Positions 52,295 to 64,000 of a DNA stretch of 64,000 bases are shown here, one piece after another. The notes beneath the pieces were generated by a model, which searched no databases, was not told the origin of the DNA, and saw only the letters and a program-made list of their open reading frames with translations. Position numbers and translations under genes: made by a program. The stretch comes from Harriotta raleighana. Its lineage: Eukaryota. Each line of letters begins with the position of its first letter. The stretch's first letter is position 1. The stretch lies in assembly GCA_050575255.1 (NCBI GenBank), contig JBNZDD010013719.1, positions 9,072,866 through 9,136,865 of the forward strand, given 5' to 3'.

Positions 52295-52549
52295 ACTAAA
52301 ACAAAACACAAAATACTACAGATGCTGGGAATCTGAAACAAACACAGAAGTTACTGGGGAAACTCAGAAGGTCAGGCAGCATACATGGAGAAAGGAAAGT
52401 AAGTCAATCTTTCGGGTCCACGACCATTCGTCAGAACAGTCAGAACAGAACTTCTGATGAAGGGTCGTGGGCCCGAAACGTTGACTCACTTTTCTTTCTC
52501 CATGGATGTTGCCTGACCTGCTGAATTTCCCTAGTAAGTTCCGTGTTTT
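52295..52549. mobile_element. Fold-back Penelope-like non-autonomous element with a hammerhead motif in each arm
   Basis: The arms ~52335-52437 and ~52452-52549 are imperfect reverse complements. Flanked by TGGTGCTT (52287-52294, 52550-52557). Confidence 0.75.
52454..52485 (+). ncRNA. Minimal type I hammerhead ribozyme motif
   Basis: CTGATGA-A-GGGTC(GTG)GGCCC-GAAAC-GTT: both conserved core boxes, a 5-bp stem II and a palindromic AACGTT in place of stem III, as in minimal PLE-associated HHRs. Confidence 0.65.
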
Positions 52550-52835
52550 TGGTGCTTTGTTACTTCCTAGTCCCAGAGATTGCTACATATCCTTTTTTGA
52601 GCAACTTCTGTTCTTCCCATTATTTATTTAGGTTTCTCGGTAAAGGATGATCTAATCTCCTTAGCTAGGGATTTGGAACCAAGCTGGTAGTTGGGATCAG
52701 GAGGGGTGGAGGGGCGGGTGGCATAAGGAGGGTGATCTAAGGCATGGTTAAAGAGTATATTTTAAATTTAATATTTATATTTACGATAATACAAAATTAC
52801 ATTTGTATAGTGCCTTTGATGGTGGGAGAACATTC

Positions 52836-54920
52836 CAAGGTGCCAATATAAAATATTACAGGACTTTGGAGAGTGGGAATAGACGAGTTAGCTCTTGTGG
52901 GGAATAATGGCAGGTGGTCTGAATGCCTTGTTTCTGTATTGTAATCTTCTGCTACAAAGACAGATTCATTATTAAAGGTCTTTGGACCTTTAATACTTTT
53001 TTTTAATTTTAGATATGTTGTCCACATGTTTCTGCTTGTATTTCATGAATCATCAACGGAGCATAGGCCATTGCTCGCTGTGTTCCTGAACTCTTCTGAC
53101 CTCCTTTCATTTGTCACACGCAAAAAAAAGAGTTTTTATGAAGCACTGGACTTCAAAGCAACCCGACTGGTCAGTAAAACAAGTTTAAAACCACCAGAAA
53201 TAGTTATCAACATGAACCATTGAACTTTTGTTTATAACTTTTGACTGTGAGTGGAAGAGGTGAAGAACAGTTCAGAACATTAACGTTTTTAGATCTCAGC
53301 TCATTTCCCAGTAGTCAGACTAGTTGGTATGTCACAACGTTTTACCTGGAGTACCACAAAAACAAACACAAAGCAAATCGTTCCATTAAGTTCACCATGT
53401 GTGAAAGGAAATGCTTAGCACAGTACAATGACAGATCATTATTGAAAGCAGAGTACAGTACACCATAAATTGTATTTATGCAGCAACGTTCAGTTGGAAG
53501 GACATTACCAAGTGTTGGACAATCGAGGCTGTTGTACCCGAGCCAGGGTTGGAATTTGAGAGGTGTGGTGATAAACAGGGTGGGGGTGGTAAGATGACCA
53601 AAGGAAGCTCTTGAAATGAGGGAAGGCATGTGGGGAAAGGCATGAGGCAAAGGGCCTGTGGGATAGAGTTTGAGAGTGGGAACAACAAGGCTGACACCCA
53701 ACAGCATGGGAGTGGTTGGGAACTGCCACCGATGCCAAATAGTTGAGAGAGGAGAGCAAGTGTGGGAATAGTGCCAGCCCGGACAAGTTACAGGAGACTG
53801 CAATGTACCGGAAATTCTTTTGTTTTATTGGTTAGGGAAAGAGGCCTCAGAGAGTCCCTCCCATTCATTCATGGTCANCAAGGTGCCAATATAAAATATT
53901 ACAGGACTTTGGAGAGTGGGAATAGACGAGTTAGCTCTTGTGGGGAATAATGGCAGGTGGTCTGAATGCCTTGTTTCTGTATTGTAATCTTCTGCTACAA
54001 AGACAGATTCATTATTAAAGGTCTTTGGACCTTTAATACTTTTTTTTAATTTTAGATATGTTGTCCACATGTTTCTGCTTGTATTTCATGAATCATCAAC
54101 GGAGCATAGGCCATTGCTCGCTGTGTTCCTGAACTCTTCTGACCTCCTTTCATTTGTCACACGCAAAAAAAAGAGTTTTTATGAAGCACTGGACTTCAAA
54201 GCAACCCGACTGGTCAGTAAAACAAGTTTAAAACCACCAGAAATAGTTATCAACATGAACCATTGAACTTTTGTTTATAACTTTTGACTGTGAGTGGAAG
54301 AGGTGAAGAACAGTTCAGAACATTAACGTTTTTAGATCTCAGCTCATTTCCCAGTAGTCAGACTAGTTGGTATGTCACAACGTTTTACCTGGAGTACCAC
54401 AAAAACAAACACAAAGCAAATCGTTCCATTAAGTTCACCATGTGTGAAAGGAAATGCTTAGCACAGTACAATGACAGATCATTATTGAAAGCAGAGTACA
54501 GTACACCATAAATTGTATTTATGCAGCAACGTTCAGTTGGAAGGACATTACCAAGTGTTGGACAATCGAGGCTGTTGTACCCGAGCCAGGGTTGGAATTT
54601 GAGAGGTGTGGTGATAAACAGGGTGGGGGTGGTAAGATGACCAAAGGAAGCTCTTGAAATGAGGGAAGGCATGTGGGGAAAGGCATGAGGCAAAGGGCCT
54701 GTGGGATAGAGTTTGAGAGTGGGAACAACAAGGCTGACACCCAACAGCATGGGAGTGGTTGGGAACTGCCACCGATGCCAAATAGTTGAGAGAGGAGAGC
54801 AAGTGTGGGAATAGTGCCAGCCCGGACAAGTTACAGGAGACTGCAATGTACCGGAAATTCTTTTGTTTTATTGGTTAGGGAAAGAGGCCTCAGAGAGTCC
54901 CTCCCATTCATTCATGGTCA
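52836..54920. repeat. Apparently exact 1042 bp tandem duplication (52836-53877 / 53879-54920) separated by one N; probable assembly artefact
   Basis: The ORF translations are identical with a 1043 bp offset, and the junction is exactly the N at 53878. Confidence 0.95.
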
Positions 54921-55187
54921 TCCCCAACCCCATCATTGGCGGGAGAGCCTTCAGCCACTCTGCCCCCAAACTTTGTAATTCCAATCCTCAATACCTCCAC
55001 CTCGCTCCCTCCATAGCCTCCAAGTTCCTCCTCTTCAACCATGCCATCAGTCACCCCCTTTCCTCCTCTTTTCACTCTATCTTCCCTGATCCCAACCCTA
55101 GCTTGTGTCCAGAACACTGATTGCTCAGTGCCTTGGGACATGCTCCCGATGTGAAAGGCGCTATACAAATATTTTGTTGTTGTTGTT
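54920..55187 (+). mobile_element. L2 3' fragment with (TTG)n tail
   Basis: IIGGRAFSHSAPKL followed by the L2 3' stem-loop. Confidence 0.85.
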
Positions 55188-55547
55188 ATATGTCTGCTGT
55201 GGTGGACTGCCTAAACTACTATTGTTATCTTTGTGGATGTCTGTTGGCTGAGCTGCAATTTTCTCTCTACCGAGGAGGAACGCTTGCATAGAAGGGGGAA
55301 GGAAGATAATGAATACTGTATAATACAATCCCAAAAATCTTGTTTCTTAAGAATAAAAAGATTGATGCAAACTCTCTGTTATCCAATGCCAGGTGTTTAA
55401 CAGCCCACAGGCTATGGTTATTCATTCCTTTGAAGTTTAGATTGGGACTAGAATTCCTAATATTCTATTGTTCACTGTTGCAGTTACCAATAAATTAATA
55501 TTCAGTTACAAACACCTGAAAGCAATTTTATTTTCGCTGCTGAGATT

Positions 55548-55718
55548 CAACAACAACAATATTACATTTGTCAGGAGGACGCTGGACAGTTACTTCTTCA
55601 GACCCGAACTGAGGACACAGATGGTGGGTTAGGGGGGGTGGAGGGATAAAGAGTTACCGATGGGTCCATCGAAGAGGAGAGTCTTGAGGTGAGACTTCAA
55701 GGAGGCCAGGGAGGGGGC
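55548..55718 (-). mobile_element. L2 3' fragment
   Basis: (CAA)n tail, GTCAGGAGGAC, and GAAGAGGAGAGTCTTGAG..GAGACTTCAAGGAGG. Confidence 0.7.
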
Positions 55719-56280
55719 ACTATCGACAATTATAATCGAAACGTAAACAAATGGTGTGTTTATTCCCTTCCACAACACCCTGACACTTTGGAACACTCTC
55801 CCTCAATCCCTCTGCCTTGGCTTGACGGGAAAGCCTTCAGCCACTCTGCCCCCAAACTTTGTAATTCCAACCCTCAATGCCTCCACCTCGCTCCCTCTAT
55901 CACCTTTTTCAAGTCCCTCCCTAAAACCTTCCATTTTCACCCACCCCCGGCTCATCGTCAGGCTCCTCCATTATTGAGCGTTCTGAGATGCTGCTCTGCG
56001 TGGAGGGCTCGTTAAAACTGTTGTTTGTTTAACTGCAGACCCTGTTTACAATGTATTGTCAGAAATCCAATTTTCTTTTTGTTCTTATAAATCATAAGAC
56101 CCCAAGTTTTCCATTTATTTAGTTTCTCGAAATGCATGAAGCCAATTGCTTGTGCAAACCAAATTATGGCCAAAATTGTGATCGATTCCATTAGGTTATA
56201 CAATACAGTACAATACAATTTGCATTAATACTGCGCCTTTCTGGTCAGGAGAAAATCTCAGAATGTGTTTAAAGAGGACT

Positions 56281-56660
56281 AATAATAATCATCTTTGCAT
56301 TTGATGCAGCACTTTTCATGTCGGGATATCTCAGAGATACTTCACAGGGTTTATTGCAGTGGTTTCCAAACTGTGGGGCGTGCCTCCCTTGGGGGACACG
56401 TACCGTCGGCTGGGGGAGGGCGCGGAGCTTTAGAGTCTCGAGCCCCTAAGTGCATGTGGAGCCGATGACCTGAATGTGTGTGTGGAGTGGGGAGCAACAA
56501 ATTTTTTTGCTGAGTTAGGGGAAGGTGCCGCTATTTCAAGTTTGGAAGCCACTGGTTTACTGTAACATGCAGTGCTTATGTGTTTTGTAGATGAATGAGG
56601 CAGCCAATTTGCGAACAGCAATGTTCCACGAATAATGGAGCAGTCAATGACCAGTTTTAC
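56281..56660 (-). mobile_element. Deu-like SINE 3' half hosting a hAT MITE
   Basis: AATAATAATCATCTTTGCATTTGAT... resumes after the MITE with GGCAGCCAATTTGCGAACAGCAATGTTCCAC. Confidence 0.7.
56357..56554. mobile_element. hAT (Charlie-like) MITE, 198 bp
   Basis: TIRs CAGTGGTTTCCAAACT / AGTTTGGAAGCCACTG (15/16 match) and an 8-bp TSD GTTTATTG / GTTTACTG (7/8 match). Confidence 0.85.
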
Positions 56661-57699
56661 CTGGGGCGAGGGAGGGGGTGTTAGTCAGGACAACTCATGC
56701 CTGAGATGTAATGTAGCCTTTTGCCTCCAATGCCACCAGAAAACCAAATTCATAGCAGTGCCTTGGGATGTCCTCCTGACATGAAAGGCACCGTACAAAT
56801 GTAATTTGTGGTTGAGTTGGGAGATGAGATTCTAAGCTGCGTTTGTGGAACAGATTTGCTTCTGTTTCTCCCTCACTGTTACCACTGCAAAAGAAAGCAC
56901 CTTAAAAACATTAACCTGGTAGATTTCCTTGAAACAAAACTTGAAACACTTGAATGAGCTCCCTATGTGGGTCTGGTGAGTAGCTGAACCATACAGATCG
57001 GGTAAGATTCCCCCCTCCCCTCCCCCCAGACAGTGCTGAGTGAGCAACACAGCAGATGTGGGACAAACAGTTGCCTTTGTGCCCTGAGTCAGGCAAGAGA
57101 GAATCAGCCAGGGTTTCCGCTCTCAAGTGCTATCCAGCGACCTCTGCGCCTTTGTGGATACCGAATGAGGACAGGTTCGGGCTCAGCTGTGCTCTAGTCC
57201 CTGCAGTTGATTCTGCTGCCGGCACTCGCATGTTAATAACTTGACAGTTGGATGAAGAACCAGAGAGAGAGAGAGAGCACACTGCTCCCATGGATGGATT
57301 TGTAATCTTCGGGAGAAGCAAAAAAAAGGAATCAAATTCCTCCAAGAGGCGAGGAGTGGAGTAAATTGATGGAAAATGGGTCGGGTGACATACATTGCAT
57401 TTTAATATGCCACCATTTGTGAGGGATGCATCTAAAACATTCAGTCCTCAAGCACATGGCTTTTTTTATGCTTGTAAAATCTGGGCTTATTTGCATTTGT
57501 TTTTTTAAAATAGATTTTCTATTATTTGCAATGTGCCCCCACTTTCCACCCCCCCACCAATCCCACCACCAACATGTTTGAGACCTTGGTAATCCTACAG
57601 TGAATTATTAACAAATGCTAAGCAATCCAGGCTATTTTTGTCTGACTTCTAAATTGATGCGTGTCATACTTCCATATTTTGGAGTTTTCCCTGAGTGTT

Positions 57700-57723
57700 G
57701 AGAGAGAGAGAGAGAGAGAGAGA
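57700..57723. repeat. (GA)n microsatellite
   Basis: About 12 GA units. Confidence 0.9.
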
Positions 57724-60700
57724 ACACGCTTCCCCGGGAATCCTTACCACAGCTGCAAGGCTAGAAAATAAACACTTGGGGTGATAGTTTGACAGTGAAC
57801 TAAATTCCAATTCAGCCTTTCCGCATGTTAAAACCACACTCTGCTGCTTCTCTGCGGGATGAGGATATTATTCATGCTCTGCTGGCCATTTATTGAATGA
57901 GCAGGGGATGTGGTGTTTGTGGTGTGTGTGTGTGTGGGGTGGGGGGTGGGGGAGAGCTGGATTACTGCAAGAGGATTGAATGGCAGTTGTGATGAGAGAT
58001 CTTAAATGACGGGGCTGAAATATCGTCTCTGATGTTCTTATGGCTGGTCATCAGCCTGCAGAATCTCAGCTGTTCCCGCTGGTGTAAATCCTGGGTAAGG
58101 TTGCCTAGATACAGATGCATTTCATTAGCTCACTCTTCCCTCGGGATTGTGCGCCACCCTATTAATGGCAGACAGTTGCAACTGGAAAGTGAGAGGAATG
58201 GCCTCCCGTAAAATGTATTTTTGTCTTGAACTGAAATTGCGGCACGATGAAAAACACTGAAGCGCATCTCTCCTCCCCCCCTCTCCCCTCTCTTCCCCTC
58301 CCTCAGGCAATCTTTATTATTCCAAAACTGACATTGAGCATAAACAGTGGATGACTCATCACTCAGGCAACAAATGTCACTGTCAAAGGGTTATCTTTAA
58401 CCCAGAATTGTAAACACCCACTTGTCATCTGCTGCACGTACAGGATTATGAATTCATCATGTCTTTTTTACGCTCACACAAAGCGAACTGCACCTGGTTA
58501 AGATGTTTTTTCAAGAAAAATATTTTATATAATAAAGCGCAGAAAAAAAGTGAATTTAATGCAGAATAATTACTGCCCGAACTAGAGATGAGGGAGAATC
58601 TTTTCAAGTGAACAAAGAGGACACCATTTGCTTTGTAATGTAAAAATGTTGCAGAGTGGTTTGCAAAGGAGCCAGAAGTGCATTCAGTGATTCTCCTTCC
58701 GCGCGTTAACCTCTGCTCTCAAATCGAATACAGACCACTTCTTTACAATTCACAGTGTTGCCTTTGGAAATAATTTCTGTACATTTGCAATGCCACAGAT
58801 TCATTTTGTTGTGAAGAGTGTAGAAGCAGAACTGCAAGGGATTCAAAAGGGGGGAAGGAATTGACAAATCATGTTATTCGGTCATTAATGAGACCTGTAA
58901 AATGTTGAAAATGGGAGTGATTATTAATAATTTATCATTATAGAAGAAACAGAATGTATAAGCTCTTCCGATGATTCTGAGTTTATCTAACAAGTGCTCT
59001 GTGCTGAGCTAGTTGATCTTAGCTGGGCTGATATAATTAGAGTTTCTACACTTTATTGCCTCATTTCATCAAGATCAAAATCAGCCCGAGTTCCCACTCC
59101 TGATCAATATCCAAACGCCCTTTCCGGTTATGTGTGTAGATGCCAATTGCAAGGAAAGGATTGGGCTCCACTGTGAGACAAATTAATTAATATATTGACC
59201 TTTCACCTCTGGAATTGGGCCTTGATTCCAGAATGATGACATGAATGTCTCCACTTTTCACCAAGTAAAAGTGCCCTGCAGGAAATGAGTTTGCACAGAC
59301 TCAATTCAGATCCTGGTTGGCACCAGCACAACACAAAGCCGCAGATACTTTGGCTTAGATTGGTGCTAAATTGACTATTTCACTTTGAGGTGCAGGAGAG
59401 TTCACACTGGAATAAAAGGAAGGTGCTTTTTGAGGGCCTCATTAATGCACATTGTTGGGTGGAGTAAAGCGAGTGGTACGTGATCTAATGATGCATTTCA
59501 TCTGATGTCGGGAAGACAAAATGTTTTTAAAAATTCATCAACTTATTCAATGCATCGAATAATTCATTCCTAGCCATACTATAACATATTGTGATTTGAG
59601 AACTGAAGGAAATTACATTAATTGACACTCTGTATCTTTCTCACCTCCAAGCTTCCACTTCTCCCACACTTAGCATCTGCACCCTTCACCAGCTAAAATA
59701 ACACAAATTAATTATTCTTAAAATAAACTCTTATTCTTAGAATAACAACTGGCTGGCAAGGAGTTCAAAGCAGTAATTCAATCTCACGATCCTGTTTGTG
59801 CCCATAAACCTCTCAAACCTTTGCACTTGTGGCTTACGCCATTATCATAACTACTCAGTTGAATTTACTGCCAGTCCTCACAATGCATTGTTTTTAGTTG
59901 GTTTAAAATTTTTAAACTTGCATCTATGAAGTAGTGCATATCAATCAGGGTGGTCCACCTGGCGAGCTGATTTGATTCCCTCCCCCCACTCCATTTCATC
60001 TGTCTCACCCACTCATATTTATGGCTCATATAACCCATAAATGTTATGTTTCTGGAAACACAAAAATATTACTTATGCAGTCTGTGAAGGTTTGTTTCTT
60101 AAATGGGGCATCTGGCCCTCGGCAGCCAAAAGCTTGGACCACCCTGTTGTACATGCTCTTCTCAACGTGCCATCTGATCTCAAAACGGACCCTATAGTGG
60201 ACATAGTCTCCTGCTTCCGATCCTAAACACAAACCCATATGTGTGGAGATTGCAGCCGGCGATCCATCAACCAGGTGCACTGAAGCGAGTTACTTTTCCT
60301 TAGAGCTGGCTCTCCTACATGGCCTGTCACAAAGAGAAACGCTGGTCCTTCGCCTCACATTGTTGAAGTGATGCGGATCAGTTTGTCTACCAAGTGGGAG
60401 AGGAGTTTCCTCTGTTGTTGCGAGTGACCTAATTTCCCTGGAATTTCAATTTTGTACATTGAGAATCGGTGACACATCTGCTGGAGTGGATGCCCTTGAA
60501 AGATTAACCAAAGCGGGGACTCTTTTAAACTGTGGGGCACATCCCAGAAAAAATAACAAACAATTGGCCGTGGGTTTAAGACAGAAATTCAATCTGATGT
60601 TCGCAGGTTGCTCAAAGGTCTCGACTGCAGGATTCTGACCTCCCAAATTCTGCTTTTGCATTAAGCCAGTGGCATCTTGTAGGCTATTTAAAGATTCTTA

Positions 60701-61884
60701 AATTCAATAGGTACTTCAGTGAGGTTTCTTTTACGAATTTTCCCAAATCCGCACAGCCTTAGATTTGAAGGTAATGATATTAAGTCTAAGCCGTGTGCCA
60801 TAGGGCTTCATATTTCTGTAAAAAGGAATCCATTATGAGCTGTTTTGGAATTCCCTACATTTTGCTTGTGCTGCTTGCCGTATTATTCCATTTGGAGAAA
60901 TGCTATTGCACACTGTTTATTATTCATCACATGGGCCACTGTGGAGTCTTAGTTTAACATGAAATGTCAGAATGAACAACAATCTGGAATATCTATAACC
61001 AGTTTCCTAAAATGTCCCTCTCCCAGACACAAACCAGATGTTCAAATATCCTGCCCAGATTCTGAATCCATCCATCTTGAATTTTCATGTTTTCAGAGAT
61101 GTTTTGTTTCCCATCCCTCCCCCATTGGTAACCCCATGAATCCTGACACAGCAAAAATTGAATATATGCCACAGAACTGGCAATCCATTCACTGTTTGTC
61201 AGCAGACAGTTGCATTTCACACGAGTAACTTTAAAAGGCTTTATCGGGTTTTACCCAGATGTTATAAGTTACTTCATCTCATAGTTTTCACATGCCAGTG
61301 TTATTTTGTGTTGAAATCTCCTCCTCCATAGTTATTTCTGTCTCTTTTGATTTTCCATACTGTCATTAACCCAGGATGCTTAAGTTCTAAGCATGCTATT
61401 AATTCAGCTCCCTCACACTAACAGACTCAGTAGTAATGCTTCCAAGCCAATTCCCCAGATGATGTCATGAGCACTTAACTATTTAAAGGCAAGTGTTTTT
61501 AAGAAATTAACAGGGAAAGAGAAAGATGTTGAAATAATCCTTTGTCATTTAAAAAAAACAAATTCTGATTGTTCTGCTTTCTGTTTGGCATTCTGCATGA
61601 CAGGAGATTCTGTGTTTTTTTAAACAAAGTGAACATGAAAACTTTGGTGATGTTTGCTGGGCTGTGGAAGGTTTGTGCTTTGAATGCTGCAGGATGGAAG
61701 ATGGTTTTATCAGTACAATTTCTCGTGTTATAAAGAAGTATGTAACAAAAATGCTTTTGTGTATTATTTCATAAAATCCTCTTCATAGCTGTTTGTGGGA
61801 CATTGCTTCGTGCAAATTGTCTTACAGGTTCGCCTACAAAATACAAATAAAGACAACTCTCCGACATCAAATGCAACGATGATT

Positions 61885-62232
61885 GTGGAGTCCTGCAGCT
61901 CAGTAGTGAGAGACCTTGATTCAATTTCAGGCAGGGTGAAACCTTGGACAAGTTTCCTTACTCTAGATGCTTAATAATCATTCCTCAAATAAAACAATAA
62001 TAAATTGATCATTTCAATCCAAAACTGTTTGTAGGACACTGCTATGCTTGGGACATCCTCCCGATGTGGAAGGCGCTATATAATTGTAATTTTGATTGAT
62101 GGGCCATTGGCTGCCATGTTTTGCTCACAAATATACAGTCAATTCACTTAACAGTATACTGTATTCTGTGAAGCACTTTGAGATATCTAGAAAACGTGAA
62201 AAGCTCTATATCAAATGTAGAGATGATTATTC
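61885..62232 (+). mobile_element. tRNA-derived SINE with an L2 tail inserted at ~62045-62100
   Basis: GTGGAGTCCTGCAGCTCAGT head. The Deu-like part is split between GGACACTGCTATG and GGCCATTGGCTGCC by CTTGGGACATCCTCCCGATGTGGAAGGCGCTATATAATTGTAATTTTG. Confidence 0.8.
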
Positions 62233-62609
62233 TCCTACTTTATTTTATTCATTACACAGCTGGAAGGGTGAATATTGGTGTGCAACCATATCTGAGCTAC
62301 CCAACAAATTTTATCTATAAATTGCACTGCTTCCAGCTGCAGATCTTATTAAATCAAAATAAACCAAGTATTTATTTTGAAACATTTATATGAAAGTATT
62401 TGTCAGTTTACAATGTACACTAAAGTGATAAATCAATAATGTGTCCTCTACGGCACTATGAAATTAACACTTCTTATTGCAAATTATTGTATTTAGCGTC
62501 TGTTTCAGTATCCTGCTTTTTATTTCATATTACACTTCCGCACAAGCTGCTAGTATTCTTGCGTCAAAGAGATAAACCTAATTGAAAAATATTTTCACAA
62601 AATTTATGG

Positions 62610-62918
62610 TTAGAGCACATTGGTTAGACACTCACTTCACAAGCGAGAAACATGTGTTTGATTACCGGCAGAGTGAAATGTTAGGCAACTTTCCTTACTC
62701 CACACGCATCTGTTTATCTAGCATTAAGTAGGAACCCAGTTGTTAGTCAATTTGGGGAATACTTTTCCAGGAGTAATAATCCCTTAAAATAATAATAATT
62801 TGGTCACTCAATCTATGACTGTTTTTGGAACACTGTTGTACACAATTGGCTGTCACATTTCACCCAGAAAATATACAGTCAATTCACTTTACAGTATATT
62901 CTGTTAAGTGCTTTGACA
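62610..62918 (+). mobile_element. tRNA-derived SINE, long form
   Basis: Contains the extra central segment CACGCATCTGTTTATCTAGCATTAAGTAGGAACCCAG, like the copy at 7575-7938. Confidence 0.75.
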
Positions 62919-63871
62919 CTTTAGTAAGTATTTCTATTTATAAAAAGATTAAATATGATGGGAATTACTCTAGTTTGATTTGTTTCTAACCATAGTGGAA
63001 TTAATAATAAGTAATAATAATTCTTCCATTTGGTATAGGTTGTTTTATACCAGTTGAATGTGGCAAGGCATTTCAGAACATATACTGTCAGGTGCAATGA
63101 TTGCGTATTTTGTGGGAAAACATGGTAGCCAATTTACGCACAGCAATGTCCTACAATCAGCCATGAAGTGAATAATTAATTGTATTTGGGACATTGTGTT
63201 GTCAGGACTCCTTTCCCTTATTCTGCCTCATGTAGTACATTTGTTGGACTGAAAGCTATACTGCCCCAATTCTGTAAATCTCATCCACCCATCCCTGTGT
63301 GGCTATTAATAACTCACACAATTATAAATATCCAAATTAAAGTTTTCATTGTGACGTGCTGTTATTGATATTGAATTTTTGTTATTTATAAAAGAGCACA
63401 GGGGGCAAATTCTCAAAAGGCAAGGGCAGAACACAGGGCAGATTAACGTTACTACACAGGTTACATGGAACAACATAACCAAAAAGTTATACTTTTCCTG
63501 AAAAATTATAATCAGACAAAAGGAAGGAGTAGATCTGCTGTGTAATACTGTGGGTGTTGTTTTCCCCCTCTTGGGAAAATAACTAACATGTTCAGACTCA
63601 GATTTGTGTTCTAAGTGCAAGCTTGGTGTTGGCTTCAGTGGGATTCCTGCTGACTTCAGTGGTAATTCTGCTGCCTGTTTTGCAAATTGATGGAACAGCT
63701 GTACTTTGAGTTTGTTTGTGCAGGGTGTGCTCTCTGCACAAACTAACGCTTCTTTGTGGCACTGTGCCTGCGAATTACTGGAGTATCTTTCCAGCACGTT
63801 TGGGTAACCTGTGAAGAATATATCTGGGGTATTTTTTTTTAGCCAGCATTTTTTGCGAGTCAGTTTCATTT

Positions 63872-64000
63872 CCTTCAGCCATTATGCCCCAAATCTCTCC
63901 CTCAATCCCTTCGCCTTGCCCCTTCCTTCTCCATCTTCAGGTTGCTCCTGAAGACCTTCCTCTTCAACCGGTCACCTATCCCTGACTTGGCCTTGTGCTC
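63872..64000 (+). mobile_element. L2 3' fragment running off the window end
   Basis: CCTTCAGCCATTATGCCCC...CCCTTCGCCTTGCCCC...AAGACCTTCCTCTTCAACCG. Confidence 0.7.

Noticed and set aside
53342-54846. Duplicated 153-aa minus-strand ORFs
   Set aside because: They lie in a decayed LINE-like fragment within the probable assembly duplication.
63306-63869. 187-aa minus-strand ORF
   Set aside because: No recognisable domain or codon pattern; adjacent to repeat debris.
1-64000. CRISPR arrays, prokaryotic operons or defence systems
   Set aside because: The sequence is vertebrate; the recurring short motifs are dispersed SINE/LINE tails, not regularly spaced repeats.

Overview
Vertebrate genomic DNA, about 40% GC by eye. 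The repeat content (L2 LINEs with (TTG)n tails, Deu-domain-like tRNA SINEs, Penelope-type hammerhead repeats) suggests a cartilaginous fish such as the elephant shark, but that is an inference. The only confidently identified gene is the intronless IRF2BPL/EAP1 orthologue (17571-19541, +), with a CpG-rich NRF1/CRE/GC-box promoter and a 3'UTR ending at tandem AATAAA signals near 20.26 kb. The rest is a gene-poor, repeat-rich region. It holds four large 5'-truncated L2 copies, many ~60-80 bp L2 tails, many SINE copies (several nested in or hosting other elements), a hAT MITE and older SINE relics. The most notable observations are: (1) two fold-back elements carrying minimal hammerhead-ribozyme motifs in both arms and flanked by 8-9 bp direct repeats; (2) a near-perfect ~135 bp inverted repeat enclosing a 1.3 kb promoter-like segment upstream of IRF2BPL; (3) reciprocal SINE/LINE nesting and a modular SINE with long and short forms. 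A 1042 bp tandem duplication across a single N is most likely an assembly artefact. I found no convincing wholly new gene system. Repeat family names come from recalled consensus similarity and need a Dfam/Repbase check, and repeat boundaries are approximate.
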